From contig JAIEOM010000031.1 of NCBI GenBank assembly GCA_019750455.1, positions 2,810 through 66,809 of the forward strand: a stretch of 64,000 nt of DNA. Reading direction: 5' to 3'. A program made the position numbers and the translations under genes. Shown one piece after another: positions 37,878 to 47,646 of the stretch; within the stretch, counting starts at the first letter, position 1, and each line of letters starts with the position of its first letter. The notes below the pieces were generated by a model that was not told the DNA's origin, searched no databases, and saw only the letters and a list, made by a program, of their open reading frames with translations. The stretch is from Sphingomonadales bacterium (GTDB taxonomy: Bacteria; Pseudomonadota; Alphaproteobacteria; Sphingomonadales; Sphingomonadaceae).

Positions 37878-38396
37878 TTAGCGGCGCTTGCCGACGATCC
37901 GCGCGATTTCCGCCTGCACGAGGTTCTCGACCATCGCGGGCAGGTTCGCCTCCAGCCATTCGGCCAGCATCGGGCGCAGCAGCTCGCGGGTCAGCCCTTC
38001 GAGCGAGGTTTCCCCCGAACGGACGATCTGCGGGCGCGCGGGCGGTTCTGCCAGCATGGCAAGTGCGGCAATGTTGTCCTGCATCGCGCCCAGCACCTGA
38101 TCGGCGATCAGTGGAGTTTCCTCGGTCTGATCCATCGGCATGGCGGGAGTCTGGACATCACTTTGCGCCGGAGCAGGCTCGGCAGCGAGCTCCATCTCGG
38201 CCAGATCGAGCACTTCCTCGGCATCGCGGACCTTGTGGGTGCGCAGCAGCGGGGCAGGCTCGGCATCGTCGCTTTCGGACACCAGCATCCGCCGCCGCCG
38301 CGCTTCCAGCGCACCGGCGCGGTTGTCCCGTGCGATGACTTTCTTGATCGATTCGAGGATTTCCTCGACCGATGCTTCGTTATCCTGACCCATCAT
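37878..38396 (-). CDS. DUF2497 protein (PopZ-like polar organising protein candidate)
   Basis: Internal ATG 38396; EASVEEILESIKKVIA N-helix, acidic/Pro-rich middle, conserved C-terminal LLRPMLAEWLEANLPAMVENLVQAEIARI. Confidence 0.65.
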   Translation of the reverse strand: MMGQDNEASVEEILESIKKVIARDNRAGALEARRRRMLVSESDDAEPAPLLRTHKVRDAEEVLDLAEMELAAEPAPAQSDVQTPAMPMDQTEETPLIADQVLGAMQDNIAALAMLAEPPARPQIVRSGETSLEGLTRELLRPMLAEWLEANLPAMVENLVQAEIARIVGKRR

Positions 38397-38454
38397 CAGC
38401 CCCGTAAGATCAGCCCGGTCAGTCCGATGCAATGTCCCGAATCGGGACCGCGCA

Positions 38455-39933
38455 TCATTCGCCGGGCAGCAATTGCGGGCCGATTGTTGCCGTGGCGGGC
38501 GGAATGTCAACGGTGCTGGTCGATTTCGCCGCCGGTTCGGGATCGCGGTCCCAGTCATTGAGCTTGCGGCGCACGCGTTCGGCATTGACGGTCGGATCGT
38601 AGAGCGGCCCGCCGGTATCCAGGTTCAGATCGCGCGCTTCGGCCTTGCCCATCAGCGCCAGCAGATTGAATCCGGCGACATAGGCGTTGCGCCGCGCGGT
38701 CACCAGCTGGGCGCGGGCCTGCACCAGTTCCTGTTCGGCATTCAGCACTTCGATGATGGTGCGGTTGCCGATCGAGTTTTCGGCGCGCACGCCTTCAAGG
38801 CTGAGTTCGGCAGCCTCGACAGCGGCCTGCGCGCTCTTGATGACCGCGTTGGCGGCCTGCCAGTTGGCATAGGTGGAGCGGGTTTCCGCGATCACCTGGC
38901 GCTCCGCCGCGATCACATCCTCCAGCGCGGCGCTTTCGCGCGCCCCGGCCTGACGTTGACGCGCGGCGGGAAGCCCGCCCTGAAACAGCGGGATGGTAAC
39001 GCGGACCCCGGCGTTGGCGGTCTTTTCGCTCTGCGCGAACTGCGCCGCGACCGGCCCGCCGAGGGTGCCGAAGAAGTCGCTGTATTCGCCGTTCACGAAC
39101 AGGCCGACGGTGGGCAACCGGCCTGCGCCCGCCACCTTGGTGTCATATCCGGCCGCCTCGGCGCGCTGCTTGGCGGCATCGAGGTTGGGATTGTTCTCCA
39201 GCGCGCTGACAATCGCTTCGCCTACGGTGTCCGGCAGGCCGGGGAGCGGCGGCGGGGCCTGAAGCTCGCCCGGCGCCTGGCCCACAAGGCGAATATATAG
39301 CTCGCGCGCGGAAATCAGGTTGGCCTCGGCAGCCTGCAAGTCACCCTCGGCCACCGCGAGGCGCGAGCGCGACTGGGCCACGTCGGTGATGGTCAGGTCG
39401 CCGATCTGGAAGCGGTCGCTGGTTGCCTCGAGATTGGTGCGCAGCACGGTGACATTGTTGGTCGCCAGCGCCACAAGCGCCTCGGTCCGCAGCACGTCCA
39501 TGTAGGCGGCGACGACCTGGCTGAAGAGCGTGCTTTCCGTGTTGCGCAAGTCGGCCTGCCCCGCCTCTACCCGCTCGCGCGCGGCGCGGATGTTGTTGCG
39601 GATCGCGCCGCCCGAATAGACCGGCACCAGCAGTTGCGGGGAGATGCTGAGGTTGCGTTCGGGCGCGGTGAAGGCGTTGGCCGATTGCTGGATGAACTCG
39701 ATATGGGTCGCGGTGACATTGAGCGTCGGGCGGCCTTGCGCGCGGGTGATCGCGACGCCTTCATCCGTGGCACGCTGGGTGTCGCGCGCGGCCTCGAGTG
39801 TGGGATTGGTGTTGTAGGCAGCCGCCAGCGCCTCGCGCAGGTCGTCGGCACGGGCAGGCGCGGCGGCCAGCGCGGTCAGCGCCAGCACGCTCGCCGGTCC
39901 GGCCAGCATCAGCGAGGCGGGGCGATGGGTCAC
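38455..39933 (-). CDS. tolC: TolC family outer membrane efflux protein
   Basis: GTG start, signal peptide, DLREALAAAYNTNPTL and the duplicated TolC repeat. Confidence 0.88.
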   Translation of the reverse strand: MTHRPASLMLAGPASVLALTALAAAPARADDLREALAAAYNTNPTLEAARDTQRATDEGVAITRAQGRPTLNVTATHIEFIQQSANAFTAPERNLSISPQLLVPVYSGGAIRNNIRAARERVEAGQADLRNTESTLFSQVVAAYMDVLRTEALVALATNNVTVLRTNLEATSDRFQIGDLTITDVAQSRSRLAVAEGDLQAAEANLISARELYIRLVGQAPGELQAPPPLPGLPDTVGEAIVSALENNPNLDAAKQRAEAAGYDTKVAGAGRLPTVGLFVNGEYSDFFGTLGGPVAAQFAQSEKTANAGVRVTIPLFQGGLPAARQRQAGARESAALEDVIAAERQVIAETRSTYANWQAANAVIKSAQAAVEAAELSLEGVRAENSIGNRTIIEVLNAEQELVQARAQLVTARRNAYVAGFNLLALMGKAEARDLNLDTGGPLYDPTVNAERVRRKLNDWDRDPEPAAKSTSTVDIPPATATIGPQLLPGE

Positions 39934-40532
39934 GCGAAGGTCCAGCGCTTGGGCGCAGCGAAGGCGGCGAGCACGGGGATGCCGAGGTCCTCTACGGGCT
40001 GGAGATTGACCTGCCCGGCGATCCTGCGACCGGTGGCAAGGCGCGTCACCTGCCGCAGCACGACGCCGGTGACGATCCTGCCATTATCGGCAAGCGCCGC
40101 GGCGAGCCCTTCCGGAAGCTGCTCGATCGCGCCGTCGATGACCACGAGATCATATTCGCCCGCACCCGTCAGATCAGCAGCATCGGCGGCGGAGACCTGC
40201 GTCACGGTGCCGACCAGCGGCGCGATCAGGGCGGCGAGGTATCCCGTGCCGCCGCTTACGACCAGCACGCGATCGGTCGGCGCAGGTGCGGCTTCGAGCA
40301 GCAGCTTGCCGTAGAACAGCGGCGCAGCAAGGTGGCCTTGCTCGCCCAGCGACACGGCGCGGTCGATATAGGCTTGCGCGGCCTTGTCGGCGGGAAGGAA
40401 GTCCTCGCGCGGCACGGCGAGCATGCGGGCGAGCGCATATTCCTCGTTCACCCCGCTGGTGCGCAGCTGGCTGTCGATCATCGCGCGGCGGGCGATCTGG
40501 GTGTCAGGCAGAGTGGTCGTCATGGTGCTCAT
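39930..40532 (-). CDS. pcm: protein-L-isoaspartate O-methyltransferase family protein
   Basis: MIDSQLRTSGV, VLVVSGGTGYLAALIA SAM motif; start 40532 or 40523. Confidence 0.7.
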   Translation of the reverse strand: MSTMTTTLPDTQIARRAMIDSQLRTSGVNEEYALARMLAVPREDFLPADKAAQAYIDRAVSLGEQGHLAAPLFYGKLLLEAAPAPTDRVLVVSGGTGYLAALIAPLVGTVTQVSAADAADLTGAGEYDLVVIDGAIEQLPEGLAAALADNGRIVTGVVLRQVTRLATGRRIAGQVNLQPVEDLGIPVLAAFAAPKRWTFA

Positions 40533-40729
40533 AATCTCTCGGAAGTGCTGTATTAGATGTGCAATACAGCTCGTCAACCTTCTCCTTAGACCTGCGCGGG
40601 GCCGCTTCCAAGGCTTTTGGGCCGCCTTGGCTGCACGCGATGCTGGCGATTTTACGCCTTTGACCTTGGCGCCCGCCGGTGCTTAGGGGAGCGCCAAACC
40701 CTGTGGGGCTCAAATCGACTTAATGAGGG

Positions 40730-42154
40730 ATGGCTTCGATGAGTGACATGACAAAGGCGGACGGTGAGGTGCGGATCGAGACCGATTCGCTGGGCGAAGT
40801 GGCGGTTCCGGCCAACATGCACTGGGGTGCGCAGACGCAGCGTTCGATCGTCAACTTCCCGATCGGCGGCGAGACAATGCCCCCCGCCCTGGTCCGGGCA
40901 CTGGGTGTGCAGAAGCTCTCGGCAGCCAAGGCCAACATGAAGCTGGGCGTGCTCGATGCCGGAATCGGCGAGGCGATCGTGCAGGCCGCGCGCGAGGTGA
41001 TCGACGGGACGCTCGCTGACCAGTTCCCGCTGGTGGTGTGGCAGACGGGCTCTGGCACCCAGTCGAACATGAACGCCAACGAGGTGATCGCGAGCCGCGC
41101 GAACGAGATCCTCACCGGCAAGAAGGGTGGCAAGACCCCCGTTCACCCCAACGACCACTGCAACATGGGCCAATCGTCCAACGACACCTTCCCCACCGCG
41201 ATGCATATCGCTGCGGCAGTCGAGGCGATGGATCACCTGCTGCCTGCGCTGAAGAAGCTCCACGGCGCATTGGATGCCAAGGCGACCGAGTTCGCCGATA
41301 TCGTCAAGATCGGCCGCACCCACTTGCAGGATGCGACCCCGATGACGCTGGGGCAGGAGTTCTCGGGCTACGCCGCGCAGGTCGGCTACGGGATCAAGCG
41401 CGTCGAAGCCGCGCTGCCGCGCGTGCTGGAACTGGCGCAGGGCGGCACGGCTGTCGGCACCGGGATCAACGCCAAGGTCGGCTTCGATGTCGCCTTTGCG
41501 GCTGAAGTCGCTGCCGAGACCGGCCATCCCTTCGTCACCGCGCCCAACAAGTTCGAGGCGCTCGCCGCGCATGATGCGATGGTCGAGATTTCGGGCGCGC
41601 TGAACGTGCTCGCAGTCAGCCTGATGAAGATCGCCAACGACATTCGCCTGCTCGGTTCCGGCCCCCGCAGCGGCCTCGGCGAGCTGTCGCTCCCCGCCAA
41701 CGAGCCGGGCTCCTCGATCATGCCGGGCAAGGTCAACCCGACCCAGTGCGAGGCAATGACGATGGTCTGCGCGCAGGTGATGGGCAACCACATGGCGGTG
41801 ACGGTCGCCGGATCGCACGGGCACCTCGAACTCAACGTCTTCAAGCCGGTGATCATCTACAACGTGCTGCAATCGATGAAGCTGATCGGCGATGCCAGCC
41901 ACGCCTTCACCGACAATTGCGTCGTGGGCATCGAGGCGAACACCACCCGCATCACCCAGCTGCTCAATGAAAGCCTGATGCTGGTGACCGCGCTGAACCC
42001 GCACATCGGCTATGACAACGCGGCGAAGATCGCCAAGAAGGCCCATGCCGAAGGCACGACGCTCAAGGCTGCGGCGCTGGAGCTGGGGCTGCTCACCGAA
42101 GAGCAGTTCGCCCAGTGGGTTGTGCCTTCGGACATGATCCGCCCGCGGGATTAA
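40730..42154 (+). CDS. fumC: class II fumarate hydratase
   Basis: [16 protein letters not shown] signature. Confidence 0.95.
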   Translation: MASMSDMTKADGEVRIETDSLGEVAVPANMHWGAQTQRSIVNFPIGGETMPPALVRALGVQKLSAAKANMKLGVLDAGIGEAIVQAAREVIDGTLADQFPLVVWQTGSGTQSNMNANEVIASRANEILTGKKGGKTPVHPNDHCNMGQSSNDTFPTAMHIAAAVEAMDHLLPALKKLHGALDAKATEFADIVKIGRTHLQDATPMTLGQEFSGYAAQVGYGIKRVEAALPRVLELAQGGTAVGTGINAKVGFDVAFAAEVAAETGHPFVTAPNKFEALAAHDAMVEISGALNVLAVSLMKIANDIRLLGSGPRSGLGELSLPANEPGSSIMPGKVNPTQCEAMTMVCAQVMGNHMAVTVAGSHGHLELNVFKPVIIYNVLQSMKLIGDASHAFTDNCVVGIEANTTRITQLLNESLMLVTALNPHIGYDNAAKIAKKAHAEGTTLKAAALELGLLTEEQFAQWVVPSDMIRPRD

Positions 42155-42160
42155 ATGCTG

Positions 42161-42197
42161 TTGGTCGATGATGAACAGCCGTTCATCATTCGACCAA
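42161..42197 (+). terminator. hairpin after fumC (possible terminator, no T-run)
   Basis: ttggtcgatgatgaac-agcc-gttcatcattcgaccaa, 16-bp stem with one bulge. Confidence 0.35.
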
Positions 42198-42273
42198 GGC
42201 TAGAGTCTGGCCGATAACGTGCGCCCAGCCCGGTGGTCATCGCCGGGCGGGCGCGGTATCGCTGGTCTCCGAA

Positions 42274-43521
42274 ATGACGACAAACCTGTCCAGCGAAGCC
42301 GCCCCCGGCGAGCCCGCCGCCACTGTGCCGTTCCGCATGGTGCTGTTCTCCATGGTCGTGCTGTGGGCGACCTATTTCGTGCTCACCACCGTGCGCAGCG
42401 TGGTGATGGATATCGGCCTGCAGTTCGAATTCGGCTGGCGGCGGCTGGTGGTGACCGTGATCGGCATCCTGCTGACGCTGGTGCTGTGGTCCTTGCTGCG
42501 CCTGTTCGACAACCGCCAGCTGTGGCTCAAGATTTCCGCCGCGATCGCGCTTGCCCTGCCGGTGGCCATGGCGATCGGACAGGTCAATTACTGGGTGTTC
42601 CGGGACATGTCCCCGGCGGTCGATCAGGCCTATGCCCAGAAGATGAACCTCAACCTGCGCCGCGACGAAAGCGGCAATCTGCTGGTCGAGGTGCCGGTGC
42701 GCGGCGATGGCGGGGCGGATGGTTCCACCCAGTCTGTGATCATCGAGCCGGCTGAAACCCCCAGCGATTTCTGGCGCAAGCTGCTGGATGTGGCGCTGGG
42801 ACGCTATTTCCTCCTGCTGGCCTGGGCCTCGACCTATTTCGCGCTGCTGGCCGGGGTGCAGGCGCGCGCAGCGCAGCGGCGCGAGGAGCAGTTCCGGTCC
42901 GCCGCCAAGGCTGCGGAGTTGCGGAGCCTGCGCTATCAGGTGAACCCGCACTTCCTGTTCAACACGCTGAATTCGCTGTCCGCTCTGGTGATGACGGGCA
43001 AGGCTGCGACTGCCGAGAAGATGATCCAGACGATCAGCCGTTTCTATCGCCACTCGCTGGCGACCGAGCCGACCGCCGATGTGTCCCTGCGTGACGAATT
43101 CGATCTGCAGAAGCTTTATCTCGACATCGAGACGGTGCGTTTTCCCACCCGGCTGGTGACGGTCTTCGACCTTCCGCTCGATCTGGAGGATTGCCGCGTG
43201 CCCGGGATGATCCTGCAACCTCTGGTCGAGAATTCGGTGAAGTATGCCGTGTCCCCCGTCTCGCGCCCGGTGACGATCACGCTCGCCGCGCGGGAGGAGT
43301 TCGACCGGCTGGTCATCACCGTCGGTGACGATGGCCCGGGCGTGCCGCAGGGCACCACCCACGGCTTCGGCATCGGCCTTGCCAATGTGCGCGACCGCTT
43401 GGAGGCGCGCTTCGGCCCTGACATCGGCTTTTCCTCCGCGCCCGTGCCGGGCGGCTACTGCACCGAAATCCGCATTCCCCTGTCACGTCCGATGAGCCAG
43501 CAGAGCACCCGCCATGCCTGA
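42274..43521 (+). CDS. LytS/YehU-type sensor histidine kinase
   Basis: N-terminal TM domain; LRYQVNPHFLFNTLNSL His_kinase motif; HATPase_c (LQPLVENSVKYA ... DDGPG ... GFGIGLANV). Confidence 0.85.
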   Translation: MTTNLSSEAAPGEPAATVPFRMVLFSMVVLWATYFVLTTVRSVVMDIGLQFEFGWRRLVVTVIGILLTLVLWSLLRLFDNRQLWLKISAAIALALPVAMAIGQVNYWVFRDMSPAVDQAYAQKMNLNLRRDESGNLLVEVPVRGDGGADGSTQSVIIEPAETPSDFWRKLLDVALGRYFLLLAWASTYFALLAGVQARAAQRREEQFRSAAKAAELRSLRYQVNPHFLFNTLNSLSALVMTGKAATAEKMIQTISRFYRHSLATEPTADVSLRDEFDLQKLYLDIETVRFPTRLVTVFDLPLDLEDCRVPGMILQPLVENSVKYAVSPVSRPVTITLAAREEFDRLVITVGDDGPGVPQGTTHGFGIGLANVRDRLEARFGPDIGFSSAPVPGGYCTEIRIPLSRPMSQQSTRHA

Positions 43522-44269
43522 GACCGACACCGAGAACAGCGCCCTGCGCACCCTGATCGTTGATGACGAACCGCTTGCCGTGGAGCGCGTGCAGGTGATC
43601 TGCGCGGAAATTCCCGCGGTGCGCGTGGTCGGCACCGCCAGCGATGGCGCTGCCGCCCTGCGTCTGGCCGAGAAGCTGACGCCCGATCTGGTGCTGCTCG
43701 ACATGACCATGCCTGAACTGGACGGGCTGGGCGTGGCGCGGCACTTCGCCGATCAGCCGCAGGCGCCGGTGGTGATCTTCGTCACCGCGCATGATCATTT
43801 CGCGGTCGAGGCCTTCGATCTTGAGGCGGTCGACTATGTGTTGAAGCCTGTCTCCGCCGACCGGCTGGAGCGTGCGATCGAGCGGGCCGTCGCCCGCCGC
43901 GGCCAGCGCCGGCAGAAGGCTGGCCGCTATCTTGACGAATTGTGGGTGCCGCACCGCTCCGAGCTGCTGCGCATTGCGGTCAGCGAAGTCCACCAGATTG
44001 ATGCCGAGCGCGATTACGTCCGCCTGCATGTCGGCGGGGCGGAGAGCGGGCGATCCTACCTGCTGCTCCAGACCATTGCGGGCCTCGAAGAGCGGCTCGA
44101 TCCCGAACAGTTCATCCGCATCCACCGCTCCACCATCCTGCGTCGCGATCACATCCGCGGCCTGCGCCACGATGGTCTCGGCGTGTGGTCGGCGGAACTG
44201 GTCAATGGCGAGGCGCTGCGGATTGGCCGGACCTACCTTGCCCGCGTAAAGGCGATGGCGGGACGGTAG
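43514..44269 (+). CDS. LytR/AlgR (LytTR) family response regulator
   Basis: Receiver LIVDDEPLA...DLVLLDMTMP; C-terminal LytTR region (IDAERDYVRLHV ... FIRIHRS). Confidence 0.88.
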   Translation: MPETDTENSALRTLIVDDEPLAVERVQVICAEIPAVRVVGTASDGAAALRLAEKLTPDLVLLDMTMPELDGLGVARHFADQPQAPVVIFVTAHDHFAVEAFDLEAVDYVLKPVSADRLERAIERAVARRGQRRQKAGRYLDELWVPHRSELLRIAVSEVHQIDAERDYVRLHVGGAESGRSYLLLQTIAGLEERLDPEQFIRIHRSTILRRDHIRGLRHDGLGVWSAELVNGEALRIGRTYLARVKAMAGR

Positions 44270-44303
44270 AGTCTGCGATCTTCGGTTCGCGCCAGCAAAC
44301 CTC

Positions 44304-44346
44304 ATAAAAAACGGCCCGAGCCCCAGGGACTGGAAGGGCTCGGGCC
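44304..44346 (-). terminator. intrinsic terminator downstream of the UrcA-family gene
   Basis: cggcccgagccc-N12-gggctcgggccg; on the minus strand followed by TTTTTT. Confidence 0.75.
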
Positions 44347-44392
44347 GCAGCCCCGCGCGTTGAGGTAGGCGCGGGAAAGATTGTCGCGCGGT

Positions 44393-44716
44393 TCAGCCGC
44401 CGCGCTGTTCGTTGCGGACCAGGGTCGCCATCTGCTGCTTGGCGTCGGCGCGGGCGCGGGCGAGGCAGTTCTGCGCGTCCTGGTCCATGATGCGCGTGCC
44501 GGTCTTGACGCTGACCGTGCGGCACACCTCGCGCACAGCCTTCTCGATGCGCTTGTCCAGCGTGCGCTGGCCGGCGGCCGTTCCGAGATCGAGATCGGCG
44601 ACGCTGATCTGGGTGGTGCGCCGCGGGGCATCTTCGGCGAAGGCGGGGGTGATGGCCGTGCCGGCAAGACCGGCCGCAGCCAGTGCCAGAGTGAATGTTT
44701 TCGCAAGGGTTTTCAT
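44393..44716 (-). CDS. UrcA family secreted protein
   Basis: Internal ATG 44716 (MKTLAKTFTLALAAAGLAG signal peptide); ISVADLDLGTAAGQRTLDKRIEKAVREVC. Confidence 0.65.
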   Translation of the reverse strand: MKTLAKTFTLALAAAGLAGTAITPAFAEDAPRRTTQISVADLDLGTAAGQRTLDKRIEKAVREVCRTVSVKTGTRIMDQDAQNCLARARADAKQQMATLVRNEQRGG

Positions 44717-44946
44717 AGCTCTACTCTCCATATTGCAGAGCGGCCTGAGATCGAGCGGGGGTCCGATCCGGGGGATGCCAGGCGTCCTGCTGGATGGAGA
44801 GATACGCCCCCCTGCAGGCGGCTGCATCCGAAGGTCGATCAACCCGCCGCCGTTGCTCGACCGGCGCGGCGGGCGGATGACCAATGGCGCGAAACGGGCG
44901 ACAAATGGCGGTTTCCAATCGACCGGCGTGCGCCCATATTGCTCGC

Positions 44947-45219
44947 ATGGGTCTCGCCACAGCGATCATCTTCTTGCTGGGAATCGGCAATTTCGCGTTC
45001 AATGCCGCCGTTTTTGCCCATGGGCATCCGATGTTCGTGCGTCTGCCGGCGAACAGCCAGTCCCTTGCCCGCCGCGCGGCGCTGGTCAGCGAATTCGCGG
45101 TCCTGTTCTTCGCGCTGCTGCTCTCGGTCAAGGGCTGGCCGGGCTATGCCTGGGCCTATGCCGCCTACACCGCGGTCAATGGCGGCGCGGCATGGCTTAT
45201 TCTGAGCGGTCGGGTATAG
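44947..45219 (+). CDS. small membrane protein, hypothetical
   Basis: MGLATAIIFLLGIGNFAFNAAVF... three hydrophobic segments. Confidence 0.4.
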   Translation: MGLATAIIFLLGIGNFAFNAAVFAHGHPMFVRLPANSQSLARRAALVSEFAVLFFALLLSVKGWPGYAWAYAAYTAVNGGAAWLILSGRV

Positions 45220-45226
45220 GGGGGCC

Positions 45227-46006
45227 ATGCCCACCCGCCTGTTCCACATCAGCGACGTCCACTTCGGCGTCGAAGACCCCGCCGCGCTCGCCGCCGTGGC
45301 CGAAGCGATTGCTCTCGAAAAGCCTGACGCAGTGGTGTGCACCGGCGATCTCACCCAGCGCGCCAAGCATTCGGAATATGCCGCCGCGCGGGACTGGTTC
45401 GCGTCGCTCGGCGTGCCGGTGGTGCTTGAACCCGGCAACCACGACATGCCCTATTACAACCCGTGGGAGCGGTTCACCGATCCCTTCCGCCGCTATAATG
45501 CCTTGCGCGCGGCGGTGGCGGACGGGTTCGAGAGCGCGGACGTGGTGCTCGTGCCGCTGCGCACCACGGTGCGCGCGCAGACCCGCTTCCCGTGGTCCGA
45601 CGGGGTGGTCAAGCCCGCTGCCCTGCGCCCTGCCGTTGAAGCGATCCGGACGCTCAAGGACGCGGGCGATCCGCGCACGATCATCGTCATTGCCCACCAC
45701 CCGCTGCTGGGAGACGAGGGCAAGCCGCACAACCCCACCATCGGCGGCGATGCGGCCTTTGCGGCGCTGGCCGCAGCGGGGGCGGATGCGGTGCTATCGG
45801 GCCATGTCCATGTGCCTTTCGACCAGCACCGCAGTAGCGGCGGGCACGGGATGCGGATGATCGGCACGGGCACGCTGTCCACCCGGCTGCGCCACGAATC
45901 ACCAGCGAGCTGGCGCGTGATCGATTGCGAACCGGGCGGGGTCATCGCAACCGAGCTGCGCCTCACGGGTGCGAGCTTTGGTGCTGCGCCGGAGCCGGGA
46001 CGGTAA
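45227..46006 (+). CDS. metallophosphoesterase
   Basis: FHISDVHFG, CTGDLT, PGNHD, HHP, GHVH motifs. Confidence 0.85.
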   Translation: MPTRLFHISDVHFGVEDPAALAAVAEAIALEKPDAVVCTGDLTQRAKHSEYAAARDWFASLGVPVVLEPGNHDMPYYNPWERFTDPFRRYNALRAAVADGFESADVVLVPLRTTVRAQTRFPWSDGVVKPAALRPAVEAIRTLKDAGDPRTIIVIAHHPLLGDEGKPHNPTIGGDAAFAALAAAGADAVLSGHVHVPFDQHRSSGGHGMRMIGTGTLSTRLRHESPASWRVIDCEPGGVIATELRLTGASFGAAPEPGR

Positions 46007-46177
46007 CTTCCCGGGGCCGCGCGTTTACCTTTTCTCTATTGCCGGCCTTAAGGTCTTGTTGTCGATATCGTCCACGCAGGTGCGCGGGAGACGGCATAAA
46101 CCCGATTGCCTCTCACGCGTGCCTGCACCCCTTGTTCTGTCGCGCGCCCGATAAGGCGCGCGCATCTGGCGGAGGGA

Positions 46178-46381
46178 ATGGCGATGGATCTGATCAAGTC
46201 CCTGATCTTCGGCACGATCATGTCCGCGGCGATCGCTTTGGTGATCGGGTCGCAGGGCACCAGTGCGGGCCCTCTGGCGATTCACCTCGTGTCGGTCGCC
46301 GATATGCGGTTCTTCTGGTCGTGGCCGGTGTTCTTCACCGGCACCGGGCTGTCGTTCGGTCTGCTGTTGCTGCAACGCTGA
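46178..46381 (+). CDS. small membrane protein, hypothetical
   Basis: MAMDLIKSLIFGTIMSAAIALVIG... two TM; GGAGGG RBS upstream. Confidence 0.4.
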   Translation: MAMDLIKSLIFGTIMSAAIALVIGSQGTSAGPLAIHLVSVADMRFFWSWPVFFTGTGLSFGLLLLQR

Positions 46382-46404
46382 CTTCTGGCGCGTTGAGGCA
46401 AACG

Positions 46405-46442
46405 AAAAGGGCGGCTCCCTCGCGGGGGGCCGCCCTTCTCTG
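46405..46442. terminator. bidirectional intrinsic terminator (rpsI / small membrane protein gene)
   Basis: gggcggc-N13-gccgccc flanked by aaaa and ttctct; on the minus strand followed by ttttcgtttg. Confidence 0.7.
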
Positions 46443-46464
46443 TATCCGTGTGCAGAAAGCGGAA

Positions 46465-46514
46465 TAGCGCTTCGAGAACTGCCCCCGGAAGCGCGATTAG
46501 CGCTTCGAGAACTG
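46465..46514. repeat. 17-bp perfect direct repeat duplicating the rpsI stop region
   Basis: TAGCGCTTCGAGAACTG at 46465..46481 and 46498..46514. Confidence 0.9.
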
Positions 46515-47012
46515 GAAGCTGCGGCGGGCCTTGGCCTTGCCGTACTTCTTACGCTCGACCACGCGGCTGTCGCGGGTGAGGAAGCCTTCGGCCTTCACCG
46601 CGCTGCGCAGTTCGGGCTCGTACTTGCTGAGCGCCTGGGCGATGCCGTGCTTCACGGCGCCGGCCTGACCCGAGAGACCGCCGCCGCGCACGGTGGCGAC
46701 GACATCGTACTGGCCCGAACGGTCGGTGACGGTGAAGGGCTGGTTGATCACCAGGCGCAGGGTCGGGCGCGCGAAATAGGTTTCCTGATCGCGGCCGTTG
46801 ATGGTGATCTTGCCGGTGCCGGGCTTGACCCACACGCGGGCCACGGCGTCCTTGCGGCGGCCGGTGGCGTAGGCGCGGCCCTGGGCGTCGATCTCGCGCT
46901 CGCGCAGCGGCGCGGTGACGCGGGCGATTTCGGCGGCGTCACCCTGCGGGGCGTTGCCGGCGATGTCCTTCAGATCGGCGAGATCCGAGACGGTGGTGGT
47001 TTCTTCAGCCAT
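46497..47012 (-). CDS. rpsI: 30S ribosomal protein S9
   Basis: C-terminal [17 protein letters not shown]. Confidence 0.97.
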   Translation of the reverse strand: MAEETTTVSDLADLKDIAGNAPQGDAAEIARVTAPLREREIDAQGRAYATGRRKDAVARVWVKPGTGKITINGRDQETYFARPTLRLVINQPFTVTDRSGQYDVVATVRGGGLSGQAGAVKHGIAQALSKYEPELRSAVKAEGFLTRDSRVVERKKYGKAKARRSFQFSKR

Positions 47013-47491
47013 TATGCGGCCACCTTGTTCTTGCGGTTCATGGAAGCGACGTCGAGCACCTGCGGCTTCTGGCCGTCATGGGGATGTTCGGTGCCGGCAT
47101 AGAGGTGCAGCGCCTTCATCTGCTGACGGCCGAGGGGGCCGCGCGGAATCATGCGTTCCACGGCCTTTTCAAGCACGCGCTCGGGGAAACGGCCGCCCAG
47201 CACCTTGGCAGGGGTGGTTTCCTTGATGCCGCCGGGGTGGCCGGTGTGCTTGTAATAGACCTTGTCGCCCATCTTGTTGCCGGTGAACTTCACCTTGTCG
47301 ACGTTGATGACGATCACGTGATCGCCGCAATCGACGTGCGGGGTGTAGGTCGGCTTGGTCTTGCCGCGCAGGATGTTGGCGATGATCGAGGCCAGACGAC
47401 CGACGACGAGACCGTCGGCGTCGATGATGTGCCAGTTCTTTTCGACCTCGGCCGGTTTGATCGACCGGGTCTGCTTGGTGAGCGCCTTCAT
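47012..47491 (-). CDS. rplM: 50S ribosomal protein L13
   Basis: Internal ATG 47491: [35 protein letters not shown]. Confidence 0.97.
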   Translation of the reverse strand: MKALTKQTRSIKPAEVEKNWHIIDADGLVVGRLASIIANILRGKTKPTYTPHVDCGDHVIVINVDKVKFTGNKMGDKVYYKHTGHPGGIKETTPAKVLGGRFPERVLEKAVERMIPRGPLGRQQMKALHLYAGTEHPHDGQKPQVLDVASMNRKNKVAA

Positions 47492-47646
47492 GGCATGTGT
47501 CCTTGGTTCGAAACTGTCTTGCGGAGGTTGTCCGGAAGAATCACCCCCTCGGCCTTGGCCAGGGGAGAGAAGTGGCGCGCAAATGTCGTCTGGGGGGCGC
47601 GAAGTCAAGCAAAAGCGCCGTTTTCCGATGCGGTAAAATAATACCG

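Noticed and set aside
36191-38338. 715-aa plus-strand ORF antisense to the S9 peptidase and DUF2497 genes (also 35967..37457 minus, in another frame)
   Set aside because: No motifs and an Arg/Gly/Ala-rich composition. The S9 frame carries a signal peptide and the GxSxGG nucleophile motif.
40578-40729. Possible tRNA or small RNA in the 152-bp pcm / fumC divergent spacer (also checked spacers 13852..13961, 32149..32338, 60381..60488)
   Set aside because: There is no T-loop (GGTTCGAATCC-like) or cloverleaf arrangement. The short hairpins are compatible with ordinary promoter or leader regions.
40652-43362. 464-aa and 403-aa minus-strand ORFs antisense to fumC and the LytS-type kinase
   Set aside because: Shadow ORFs opposite genes with strong signatures ([16 protein letters not shown]; NPHFLFNTLN).
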